Of a DNA stretch of 64,000 bases, positions 41,066 to 52,797 are shown piece after piece. Each line of letters starts with the position of its first letter. Position 1 is the stretch's first letter. This DNA is from Spironucleus salmonicida. Its lineage: Eukaryota. The notes beneath the pieces are model-generated. The model was given only the letters and a program-made list of their open reading frames with translations. It had not been told where the DNA came from and made no database searches. The DNA is taken from assembly GCF_000497125.1 (NCBI RefSeq), contig NC_090601.1:558001-622000 (forward strand), read 5' to 3'. A program made the position numbers and the translations under genes.

Positions 41066-41804
41066 GCAAGTCAGCAGAGGCACTCCTAGTGTTAGAATTT
41101 GCATGTTCTGGGGTCATTGCAGAGCATAATACCGGTTTTGCAGACCAAGCGAACACACTCTCCATCGTGGTACTCAAACCTTGATTTATAGTCAACGCAG
41201 CAGTTCGATTGGCCAAAGTTTCCATCAGAGATGCAGATATCTGGCGGTAAACATGATCAGTTTTAGTTGAATACAGTGGCGCCGGTTATACCATTTATTG
41301 CTTCGCATATGAATTTCGACGTAGAGAATATGAAAATTATTTTATACATTGAATGCCTTTTTTAGTCTATACGTGTGTGTTTTCCATATTTTGCAGGAGA
41401 ATAGCTGGGTACTTTCAAAACCTGTTAAAATGGATTTTCTGTCGCGTTAACATGAAATTTTTTCTGATAAGGACAAATTACGGAACTTTCTAATTAGATG
41501 TTGGCGAAGTACTTAAAGTACATGTTGTATTTTTAGAGTTTGCAAGAGAAACTGGTTCGCATATGAAACTTATTGGTTTGACGGAGAAACATGATCTATA
41601 TCTGCTACAAATTTGCTTTTCTATGGTACAAGTAGGATAAGAATATTTGGCGTTATTGCTTGCTGAGACCGTGCTAATTGGACACTCTATGCATTATGGG
41701 ACTATAAAGTTAGGTTCGCAGTGAAAGTACAGAATGTTGTTCTCACTCTCTCCACAGTTTATGCAAATAATATTATATTCAATGCAATACTTGGCTATGC
41801 ATAC
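40253..41804 (-). pseudogene. CRMP2 with decayed 5' half, second copy
   Basis: Inverted copy of 6104-7655 with additional substitutions in the decayed part. Confidence 0.8.
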
Positions 41805-42429
41805 AATATTTATTATAATTTAGTTGCGAAAGTATCTTATTTTCAGTCTAGAGGTATTTTTAATAGTTAAAACTATTAATATTACTATATGTCCGATTAG
41901 TTTAGAAAAGCTTACTAGTGTAAATCAAAACTATGATCAATTATTACGAAATGTATAAAGAGATTAAAAGTGAATTATTTTAAGACATATTCTAATAAAT
42001 AATACTGGAATATCACTTACTAAGAAATAATAGTATTAATATATAAATTTAATTAAAAATCTATAGCATAAAATAAAGAAATTAGTGGTATGGAAATTTA
42101 GAATTTTGTTTTATTTTTGTAAACTATTATAACTTAATGTTTAGGAGTATAATACCATATGTTAGGATACACAATATGACTTTTTTGAACTATATATTGC
42201 GTATTTAAAACAAATATCTGATGAGACATCATAGTCAATAGTAAATTTTAAGTATACTAACAATTTAATCTTCTGAATATTTTTAATATAAAGGACATAA
42301 TGATTTTAGTTAAATTAATATAATATTAATATCTTTACATAGTAGATATAATCAATGTATAACAAAATATGTATAAGTATAATATCTCATTTGTGAGGTA
42401 ATTTGATTAAAAACGTTTTAACTATATAA

Positions 42430-42927
42430 TCAGTGGCTGCCTTTAACACGTACTTGACTAAAGAAAATATCAGAGCGACCTTCTGTTGTTTAAAGTACTC
42501 CACATCCTGCATAAAAAGATTTGCCTGTATTGACATCTTCAGCCATTTCAAATGCATCACCTGATCGCTCACAATATATGAAGCTATTACCTACCGTCAG
42601 TGTTGCAGGTTAACTCTCGATTACTTCGTATCCAAAAGTGTACGATCCACCATCAAACCCTCGCGACTTTTTCTTTTTCTTATCAATATGGATCAACACT
42701 TGTTCTGTAGCTGCTTATTGTTCTTATATCATTTCTGGAACTTGTTAGTGTGTGAGTTCACGAAGTTCTTTTGATACAGTATCAGCGTCCTACGGGTATA
42801 ATTCAGCATCTATTGCTAACCGTAATAGATTAATAGACTCTGGTGAAAAATTATCTTTCATTGTACTTAAAAGTTATGAAAATAACTGTTTCTAAGTTTC
42901 AAATGACTATTGAACCAATTTTTCCAT
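42430..42927 (-). CDS. Hypothetical protein, 165 aa, second copy
   Basis: Inverted copy of 4981-5478. Confidence 0.75.
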
Positions 42928-43784
42928 TTGGAGTGGAATATGATAAGTATTATAGATTATTATATATTATTTAATACAAAATACAAAATTTATTATGTAA
43001 TAAATATACTTATTTTTTAATTATAAATAAATTTATGTAAACGTATTTACTTTACTTGCTATCATATATATGTCTTTATTATCTTCAAGAATGAAAATTA
43101 CATAATTAAAAAAAAAAATTTTAATAAAATATGAATAATTATTTATCGTTTTAGCTACTAATTAAAATTATTTATAATATTATAAAAATATTAAATTATA
43201 TCAATGCAAAGTTAAACTAGAAGTTATACTACTTTTGATTTAAAGTGATAAGGTTTGTTGTATAATAAAACTATTATATAAGTCTATTATAATGGAAATT
43301 ATTATAAGCCATCTAAAGTAAGTACAAATATATTCAGTTGTTATCATAAATTAAAACTAATGTTTATAATTTTAAAATATAGTATGGATAATTTAAACCT
43401 GACAAGTAATTAATTAAACTACAAATCATAAAAGAATACGAATTATTTCTAAGTATCAAATTTATTGTTAAAAATATTCATTTAATAATATCTGTGAAAT
43501 TATATAATGATAATATTTTTATATTACATATATTTATTTTTAATAATAAAATTCCAAAATATTTTAATGTTACTTATGGATATTAATTAATACTGTTTTA
43601 TAATGCTTAGTAATTTATATTAGTTTAAAGTACTTATTAATAATATATTGTTTTTTTGTTTTTAAATAAGTAAATATAAATGAAAAATATATATTATTCA
43701 AAATATTGGATTGAATGAAAATTACAAATACATATTTTTTAATTAATAATAATACTATTAATATTAAAATTCACTCATTTAAAA

Positions 43785-45608
43785 ATGACTTGTCCTGAAA
43801 ACCAAGTATCTCTTGGAGGTATGTGCATTGCCAAAGAATGTATATTTAATAATATTATTTGTAGTAATCATGGATTCTGTCATAACGACAGTAAATCTTG
43901 TTCGTGTGACCCTACTTTTACAGGTCTTCACTGCGACGCTTGTGCGATAGGAATGATACCTGTAAATAACAGCAAGTAATGTGCAAATGTCAAATGCATT
44001 GAAAATGATAAAATTTGCAATGGAAATGGGTCTTGTGGTGGAATTAATTTTGATTAATGTGTGTGCAAGCCTGGATTTTCTGGAAAGCTTTGCCAATGTG
44101 GACCAGATCACCTGCCACACCCATCTTCGTAGGAATGTGTTATTAATTTATGCAAATCTCCAAATTAATTATGCTATGGTCGTTCTGAATGTGTATTAGT
44201 TGAAAAATTAGGTTAAAAAGAATTCATTTGCAATGGATGCGGTGAATTTACTGATAATGATCCAAGATAAGGATGTGCATAATGTCTTCCAGGCAAAGGG
44301 TTTCTCCCACCTCCAGCTGATAGAAAATGTCTGAGTACTAACTGTATAACTGGAAATACTATTTGCAATGGAAAAGGTCAGTGTCAGTCTTATGGTTTCT
44401 GTGTTTGTAATGGTAATTTCTCATCTTTCAGTAATTGTAGAGGTTGCAAATAGACATTCTAGCTTCACGATGGTGAATGTATTCCCGATCTCTGTAAAAC
44501 AGGCAATACTGAGTGTAATGGAAGAGGAAAATGTGATATGAACAGATTAGAGTGCCGCTGCGAGCCTGGATTCTCTGGACGCTCTTGCGAACTATGCGCG
44601 CAGGGGCTGGTCTTCGCGAACAGCAAGACAGAGTGCGCAAAACCGGCGTGCGTGAACGATGACAAGGTCTGCGGTGGGCGCGGGACGTGCGAGGGACTGA
44701 GCTTCACGTGGTGCAACTGTCAGAACAGGAGCAGTGGGAAGTTCTGCGAATGCGATGATGGATATACGCAGATTAATGCTGCATTACTGACATGTGGGCG
44801 CGACCTGTGCAAGACGCAGCGCGGGAGGTGCTTCGGTCGCGGGGCCTGCGCCCTGGAGAACGCGCAGTTCGTCTGCAAAGACTGCGGGAACTTCCCGTTC
44901 AACGACCCGAAGCAACAGTGCCAGGGCTGCTTGCCTGGGGCCGCGTACTTCGGCAACGCGTCCAACTACGACTGCCGCCCAGCGAAGTGCATCACGGGCA
45001 GCTCCATCTGCAGCGGGCAGGGGACCTGCGAGGGCTCGGGGGAGTGTCGCTGCGGGGACCCAGCCCTGGACCCGGTGCATGGATGCTCGTAGTGTCTGGC
45101 TAGTTTCGAGCGCGTGGGGGATACCTGCGTGCCGAGCGGCTGCGTGCACAGCGGTACTGAGTGCGCAGGCAGGGGCAGGTGCGAGGCAGGGGTGTGCACG
45201 TGCTCGACCTACCTGCTGGACGCCGGGGCCAAGTGCAGTGTCTGCGCCGACGAACACGCCCTGGTGAACGAGCTCTGTACGGTCTGCCGCCCGGGCTTCG
45301 TGTTCGTGCGCGACAGGTGCGTGGACACACGATGTGAGCCCGGGCAAACCTTCAACACCGTGCTGTTCCAGTGCGTGGACGGGCAGCTCCACCAGGACGG
45401 CGTGTCCATGGGGCTCATAGCCGGTATTGTGGTGCTGGTCTTCGTCGCAGTGGGCCTGGTGGGCCTCATCGCCTTCTTCTACCTCAAAAGGCGTGCCTGG
45501 CTCCCGGGCAGAAGCGCCGTCGTCACCACACGGCAGGCGGAGGTGCCACGCCCCACGCCCACCGATACGGAAGCCCTGGTGCGGGAGACCCTGCAGTACG
45601 ACAAGTGA
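43785..45608 (+). CDS. CRMP2-type cysteine-rich membrane protein, 607 aa
   Basis: Continuous code-6 ORF; differs from 2300-4123 in the tail (KRRAWLP/PTPT vs KRRAGLP/PTLT). Confidence 0.92.
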
Positions 45609-45630
45609 GCCGGATCCGTCACTGAACGCG
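45604..45630 (+). promoter_or_regulatory. AGTGA stop/poly(A)-type signal followed by candidate 3' UTR element TCACTGAACGCG
   Basis: The same 12-mer lies at the same distance from the stop of the unrelated CRMP1 at 51172; TCACTGTAC at the same distance after 37725. Confidence 0.55.
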
Positions 45631-48135
45631 CTGGACGCCCATCGCTCCACTGGTTGCATGTATGAAAAGCCGATCCGAACACCGCAATAAGCCTTCGCAC
45701 GGTGGTTCTGAGGCTGGGCGCACCTTTACGGAGAATATTAGAATTAATGGAAGGGAATGGAGGGGTTTGCACACAGCTCCATTCCCCAGAATGTAACCCG
45801 CCCTCGGGATACCATTCGCTCGCCTCGGAGCAACGGCGCCCGTCTGACAGGACCAGACCTTCCCAAGATCCACTGACGTGGATGCAGGGCTCCGCCGGGC
45901 CCAGGAGGCGAGGAGCTGCGTCCGGTTAGGTTCGCAGCGGAAGTGAATAGGCCTGGATGGGGATGATAGATACCAAGCTGCCCATTCTCTACCAGCAAAC
46001 ACCCAGTTCCTGCGCGGATGATACCGCAGCTAGCTCGGCATGCACCTGGTATCGAGATAATGGCGATACGGCTAACCGAAGCTGCCGCGGCGTGCTCATA
46101 GCATCAGCTTTAGTTGTTTCGTGAAGCTGCGAAGTGTGACCGTATATGATACCCTTATGTATCTAGCTGCCCGATTGCCAAATGCAGCGATATACCCTGT
46201 GGCATACCGCATTCAGATTCATCGCAGCATTTCTTTACAATTTACGGCTGCTCCCACCTCCCGTGATAACCCTCCCAATTACATCCATGTCGTGCTGGAG
46301 CAAGTGCACGGCGTGCTCTTTTCCTCGCCCGTGATGATACTAGTATTTCCTCTCCGAGTATCATCCATACAGGTCTACACAGCGCCGCCTGGCAGAAACC
46401 ACATGCATTTGCAGTGGGACTAAGTTTTATCAATCAATGGCAGCGAAGAAAGCTGAATGCTAGATTGTTAAGCTCTCCAGACCGGGTTACCGCTGCTATT
46501 GTAAAGAACTTCGAGGGCGGAAGGCTCTCGTTGCGATTCCCAGAGGCATGCAGCTATTGCAGCCTCACTCGATGGTAACCTAGCGCGAACACGGGACGAA
46601 GGCTGGCGCCAAGCCAATTTTGTGTTCGCCGGTTCCTCGTTACCATCATGCCATATCCGCTGCAATAGGCAAGGATGACAATTGGAGGTCGATGAGGTTT
46701 GTAGCTTGGTGAGCGGCAGAGAATCTAGCGTCAGGCGCTAACCTTCGGACGTGGACTTGCATCTCTTTGGGCGTGTGCCATAGCCATCGTTTACCGGCTC
46801 TTGCAGTCGCAACAGCACGTACCAATGCCCCTATTCTAGACAGCATTAGGTAGACAGGGCTTCTGGCTGCAAACGAGCCATATGTCTGCTGCCCCGTAGG
46901 AATTAGACTTGCGGTGCCAGGCTGAGTCTAAGACTGAAGCTGCCAACACCACTGCCTACAATAATGGACGGAACAGTGCGCAGGAAGTAGTCTACGCGAA
47001 AACTGCAAAACTGATTTTGGCAGTGAGCTGCAATCGTTTTCGCAGGCGATAGTATGTCCTGCTGGTACCCAACCACCAATCGCTGAAATTTTGCGAGTGG
47101 GTCTGACTAAAAATATTGGACTACCGTAAAGGATGCGTCTAACCTGCAGCGTACACAGGTCGGAGCTTTGCTTCCTGAAAAACGGCCATCTGGCGCCTGG
47201 GCTGGTGCTAGTTCGCTTGCTCAGGTTTGCGGCGTGTGGGATGTATTACTAGTGTAACCCTGGAAGGCGCATGCTCTAGCACTCACCAGCAGCCACCGTG
47301 ATTGAACATGTTCCATTGTTTTCTGGCCTGGTACTGGATGTGCATGCCTTATTTAGAGATTTCGGTGGGAGCAAACTTCGCGCTAAGGCTAGGTCGCAAT
47401 GGAGCGATGTCTCTAGTACGACAAAGCATGGTTGGGGTAGACACTGTCTCCCGGAGGTGTTGGGCGGCAATGTACTGCAGGTAATAAAAATTCCCTCGAG
47501 CTCTCTGGTTCCTCGCTGCAACGCCGATTGCGAAAACGGCGAGGAATCCGCTGTGCTCCGCACCGTACTCCGGCAGCGCCCGTCGGGAGCAGTGTTTGGT
47601 AGTGCTGCAAACGAACATAGCTGGTAGGCAGTTCGCATGAATGCCTTCGCACCTGCTGATAAACAGTCACTTGTGAAAAGAAAGCACCCGGTATCAGAAA
47701 TGTCTAACAGCCTGCGTGCGAAAGGCAGGCCAATATGCTTTGACTATGATTTAGTGGAAATACATGACATAGAGAAAAGCATATAGGATGGCGACATAAA
47801 CGGGTTATTCACTTAATCGCTAACGCGATTTGATTCTTTCCAGTTTTATGCTGCGACCTTTACATATTTGATACTTGGCCGCCTTGCTTCTATACTTTAA
47901 AACCATGCTATTGCTACAGAGGAAATTGAAAAAGTATCGAACTAAAAATATTTGGCTATCATATTTTACTTGCCGAGTACACTTTCGATACATCTTACTA
48001 TGCATGGACATCGTTGTACCCAATATTAAGGATTGAAAATGCCTTCAGTTTTAATATCAAGAAGCTTATGCTAAATTGAAATTCAAAATTATGGCTGAGC
48101 AGAGCGGGCTGTTATGGTACAGTGAATTAATTATA

Positions 48136-50499
48136 TCAGTTGATGGCAGTAGCAGCGACTCCAGCGGCCTTGCGGGCCTTCTTCACGGCAATGTACGCCA
48201 CAGCGCCAACGCTGAAGGTCAAAATACCAATAGCAGCAGCAGCTCCAAGGTAGGTGCTAATACCAAGAGTATCGCGTGTGAGCTCCTACTTGACTTCCCC
48301 ATCCGCTTTTTAGTTTTACAATTTCCATTCCAGAGCAGTTAAGCACATACCATATGTATTTTTCTGCATGTTGGGTAGGCATTTCAAGCATCCCTTATGG
48401 TTAGAATTGCAAAGGGCGCAGTTTTAGGAGTTCCCACAGTTGCATTAAGATGTTATGTTTTCATGGCACGGTTCAGGTAACCCGTCATTGCAGTAAAATC
48501 CAAGTGGAATGTTTTCACACTTCGACGTACAAAGCCCAGTAGTGGTTAAGACATAATTGCGATCTTCGCATTTATCGCAAAAAGTTGCCGAACTGCAAAA
48601 ACTACATCCAGCAGGACATTCGGTGCAGCGCTTCGTGTCGGTGTCGCAAAAGCTTGCAATCGCCTTGGCGCAGTCCTGGTTCGTTTCGCACTTGTTACTG
48701 CATGTGTTGGCTGCTTAATCTAATATGAAAGTTTAAGCACACGTTAAGCACTTTTGCTATTCGTCACACTCGTAACATCCAGAAAGGCATTTTGGGTGAC
48801 TCGGAACATGCTCTTTGTGGTCATACTGACTTCTAGTGCATTAACCATTCACGCACTCGACGCAGTTTTTACTTGGCACGTGGTCCGCGCAGTAACACGA
48901 CTCGCCAAGCGCCATATCCTCGCGGCAGAGCTAGCACTAGACGCGTTGAGAGCCAACGGCGGGGCAAAAGTAGCCAGCCTTGCACGTCGGCTGCTCGCTT
49001 GTGCATGAGCCCGACACCTCGGGGTCCACTCTTACTGCAACACACAGGTCCCCTATATGCGCATAGCCCCTTTGGCATAGCTGGCAATCTCCTTTTCCGC
49101 TTAGGGCGAAACGGGAAAAGCACGATGCACACTTTCCGGTCTGCGTGCAGGTGGCACAGTTTTGCGAATCACTACACCTGCACTGCGACGTGATGCCTCC
49201 CTCGCATCCTGCCGGCGCTCCGTTATTGCAGTAGAAGCTGCCTAGCAGGTAATCGCATTTCGGGGTGCAAAGTCCAGCTGTCGTTGTGACATAGTTGCTT
49301 GGGTCGCACTTTTCGCAGAAGTCGCTCGCACTGCATTTCAGGCACCCCGCTTGGCATGCCGTGCACCGCTTAGAGCCCGTGTCGCAGAAGCTTCCCAGTG
49401 CCATTTCGCAATCTTTGTTGTTCTAGCAATAATTGTTGCATGTGTTGGAGTTTTCGTCGTAAACATAGGTTTGAGCGCACCTTAAGCACGTCCTGTTTTC
49501 ATCACACTCGAAGCAGCCGTGATGGCACTTGTGAAGAGGTGTCGTGTGGTCGTGCTGGGCGATATGGTACTAGCCACAGGAGAGCCCTGCGCATTGTATG
49601 CAGTTAGCTGTGGGGATATAATCAACGCAATAGCATGATTGTTCGAGAGTCATGTTCTCATTGCACTTTTGGCATTTTACAAAAAACTTATCCACGGCGG
49701 GGCAGAAGAAGCCAGCCCTGCAGCCTTATACGGATAGGGAGCATGTGCCAGCCTCTGCCTGCGAATATTGGGTTGGAACGCAAGTTTAGGCTTTGATCTC
49801 GTACCCCGGCGCGCACTAGAAGCAGTTCCCATACTCGTTAATCTAATAATTGGGTAAGCATGCATGGCAGTTCCCGTAGATCGAGCAGGTTGCGCAGTTG
49901 TCCCCGCTCTTGCACCTGCATGCTGAGGTGATGCCCTCAAAGCACGGCTCTTACTTTCCCTCATTGCAGTAAAAGCCCTCTTCCAGGTCCTTGCATCCCG
50001 CCGTGCACGTCCCATTACTATTTAGGACGTCCTCTTTCTAAATGCACTTATAGCAGAAATCTTATGACAAGCATCCCCCACAGAACTCGCCGCAGTGCTT
50101 GCATTGGTGCGTATCCTCATTACAGTAATATCAATCCGTCTGGTTGCAATTTGTGTTATCGCGGCATGCAGGAACGCACTGGGCTCTGGCATCGTCAAAA
50201 ACGTACTGGTCTGCACATTTATTGCATTTTTAAGGATAGTAGCAATCTACACACCCGTCTGGACAAGATATACAGTTGCCGTTAAATAGGAAATAACCAA
50301 CGACACATTTCTTGCAATTTTCATTACTGCAAAATATGCAGTTCGGCTTCTCATCGTACGGGCGGCAGTTGCATCCGAAGCCAGCGGTGATGGCATAGGA
50401 ACATTTCTCACACTTCACCGGAGTTTCGTCCGTTGCGGGGCAATATTCATCTAGGTGGCAGCCATTTTTCTTGATTGTGCAAGTTGACCAACGTCCCAT
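48136..50499 (-). pseudogene. CRMP1-type gene with in-frame TGA at 50131-50133 (mirror of 35362-37725)
   Basis: Mirror copy in the palindrome B right arm, sharing the internal TGA. Confidence 0.8.
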
Positions 50500-51171
50500 T
50501 TTGGAGATTTTAGTAAAATGGTAACGCCATAATAGACACAAAATAAGTATAGTAAGTTTCTTGGTAAATTTAGATTCTTTAATTATAAAATTTATCAGAG
50601 AGGCTGTAGATGGAAATTTAAGATTTGTGTATATAATAATACTAAATGAATGAAGTATAATATATTTTGTATAGAAAATTAAGTGCATATTGATATTGGT
50701 GGGGTTTAACAATATTTTAGACGTTGGTATAGATTCTTTAAAGCGAGTTAAAAACTATTTAAAACTAAATGAGGAGTTGTTTAGAATTATTTGTGGTTTG
50801 CTTGGTTAATAGGTTGGGTATTATTATGGGCGATAAGTAGTATTTTTAATATTATAATTAATTATGAGACTTATAAAATTTATGTGTTTACTTATTATTT
50901 GAATGGATGTATATCATATAAATTTTATAAAATCCGCTTTAGGGGTTTATAAAACTAAAAAAAATAACTTAGTTTATTCGTTATCACTGAATGAATTAAA
51001 TTATCTTATATCTATTCTACACGTAGCAACACCACTTTGATTGTAATTCCCATACATACTATCTACCTCACTGAACATTTCAGAATTCCTTCCTAGAGAG
51101 TATTTACTGCTTCTTTACATATTATGGTGGAAACCTGTAAAATATCATACGCGTTCAGTGAATTAATTAGA

Positions 51172-52797
51172 TCAGTTGATTGTCATACCAGGTACCCTAG
51201 GGGCCTTGCGGTCCTTCTTTGCAAAGTTGTACGCTACTACACCGATACAGATCGTTAATACTGCAATGCTAACTATGATTCCAATACTAGTGCTAAATAT
51301 TAATCTGGCACCAGATTTTTCAGTGTATTATTCCACTGAGTGTTATTAAGGTTCTAATTCGACAATTTACTTCCTCAAGCATATACCATCTTCATCTTTA
51401 CTAGCATATTCAAGGCATGTGAGACATTAATTTTAATTTTCTACACATTCAGAGCATTCATGTGCTTCTCCACACATACATTCAGACGTTATACCAGCTC
51501 TGCATGCTTCCGCTTTTCCATCACGGCAGTATTAATTATGCTTAAGGTCCTCACACTTAGGTGTGCATTCCCCAGTTATAGTAGTTACGTAGTTAGACTA
51601 CTCGCACAGATCACATAATGTCATAGATCTGCAAATTAGACATCCAGCAGCACATGCGGTGTATTTATGTGTTTCAAAATTACAAAAACTTCCTAGAGAT
51701 GTATCACAGTCATGGATTTTATCACACTTATTATCACAGGTGTGAGTTGCATAATCCAATACGAAAGTTTAAGCGCACTATATACACTTCTAGTCATCAT
51801 CGCACTCGTAGCAACCGTGAAGGCACTTGCTATAGGGTTTAGTATGATCATTATGTTCATATAATAATTTAGTGCACTAGCCGTCAACACACTTTATACA
51901 GTTCTAGGTAGGGATATTATCAACACAGTAGCATGAGTCCCCGATTTTCATATCCTCACCGCATGGCAGACACTGCATTAAATTAATATCAGCAGATGGA
52001 CAGTAAAAGCCTACATTGCATCCCCACTCGATTATTGAACAAGTGCCAGATACCTAGCTGGGAATGATAATGGGCATGCAGAAGGTATCCTTCATCTCAT
52101 ATCCATGTGCGCAATCTGTGCAGGTTCCAAATATACCTAGTTGATAATGCGGTAGGCAGGAAGAACAATATCAGCTCAAGGTACAAGTGGAACAATTTTT
52201 ATGTTCCCCACACTTGCAAGCTGAGGTAATTCCTTCGAAGCAGGGTTCAGGAGTGATATCATTGCAATACTAGCCATTCTGGAGACTTAAGCATTCCACT
52301 TAGCAAATTCCGCTGGTGGTGAGAGTGTAATATTCAGAGATGCAGGCGTAGCAGAGTGTAGGCGAAGTGCAATATGTGCAGAACGGTCCACAGGATTCAC
52401 ACTAGTTAGTACTCAAGTTACAGTATTTCCCTTTTCTATCCATGCAGTCAGTGTTACTAAAGCACTTAGGAGAGCATGTTTTTATTGCCGAATTAAATAT
52501 GTATCCATCTTCGCACGCAGTGCAACTACGTTCTGAAGTGCACTCTTTACAACCTGCTTTGCATTTTTCGCAACTGATAAGGTCTGTATAGAATCCAGGT
52601 AAGCATTCGCTACAAAAATAACCCCTGCAAGCAATACAGTTTTTATAGCTCTATTTTGGTAAACAATTGCACCCCTACCCAATTTATATATCTCTTGAGC
52701 ATTTCTAACATGTTTCGTGTAGTACACCTGAAGCAGGACAGTAATAATTTCTATTGCAAACATTATTTCCAACCGAACAATAGGTCTTTGTAGTCAT
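51172..52797 (-). pseudogene. CRMP1-type gene, 541 codons, with one in-frame TGA at codon 209 (52171-52173)
   Basis: Otherwise open in code 6; MTTKTYCSVG..., TM and KKDRKAPRVPGMTIN tail; the paralogue at 13237 has GGA at this position. Confidence 0.8.

Larger units (their letters stand above)
44796..50856. repeat. Right arm of palindrome B (~6.06 kb)
   Basis: Reverse complement of 35005-41065. Confidence 0.96.
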
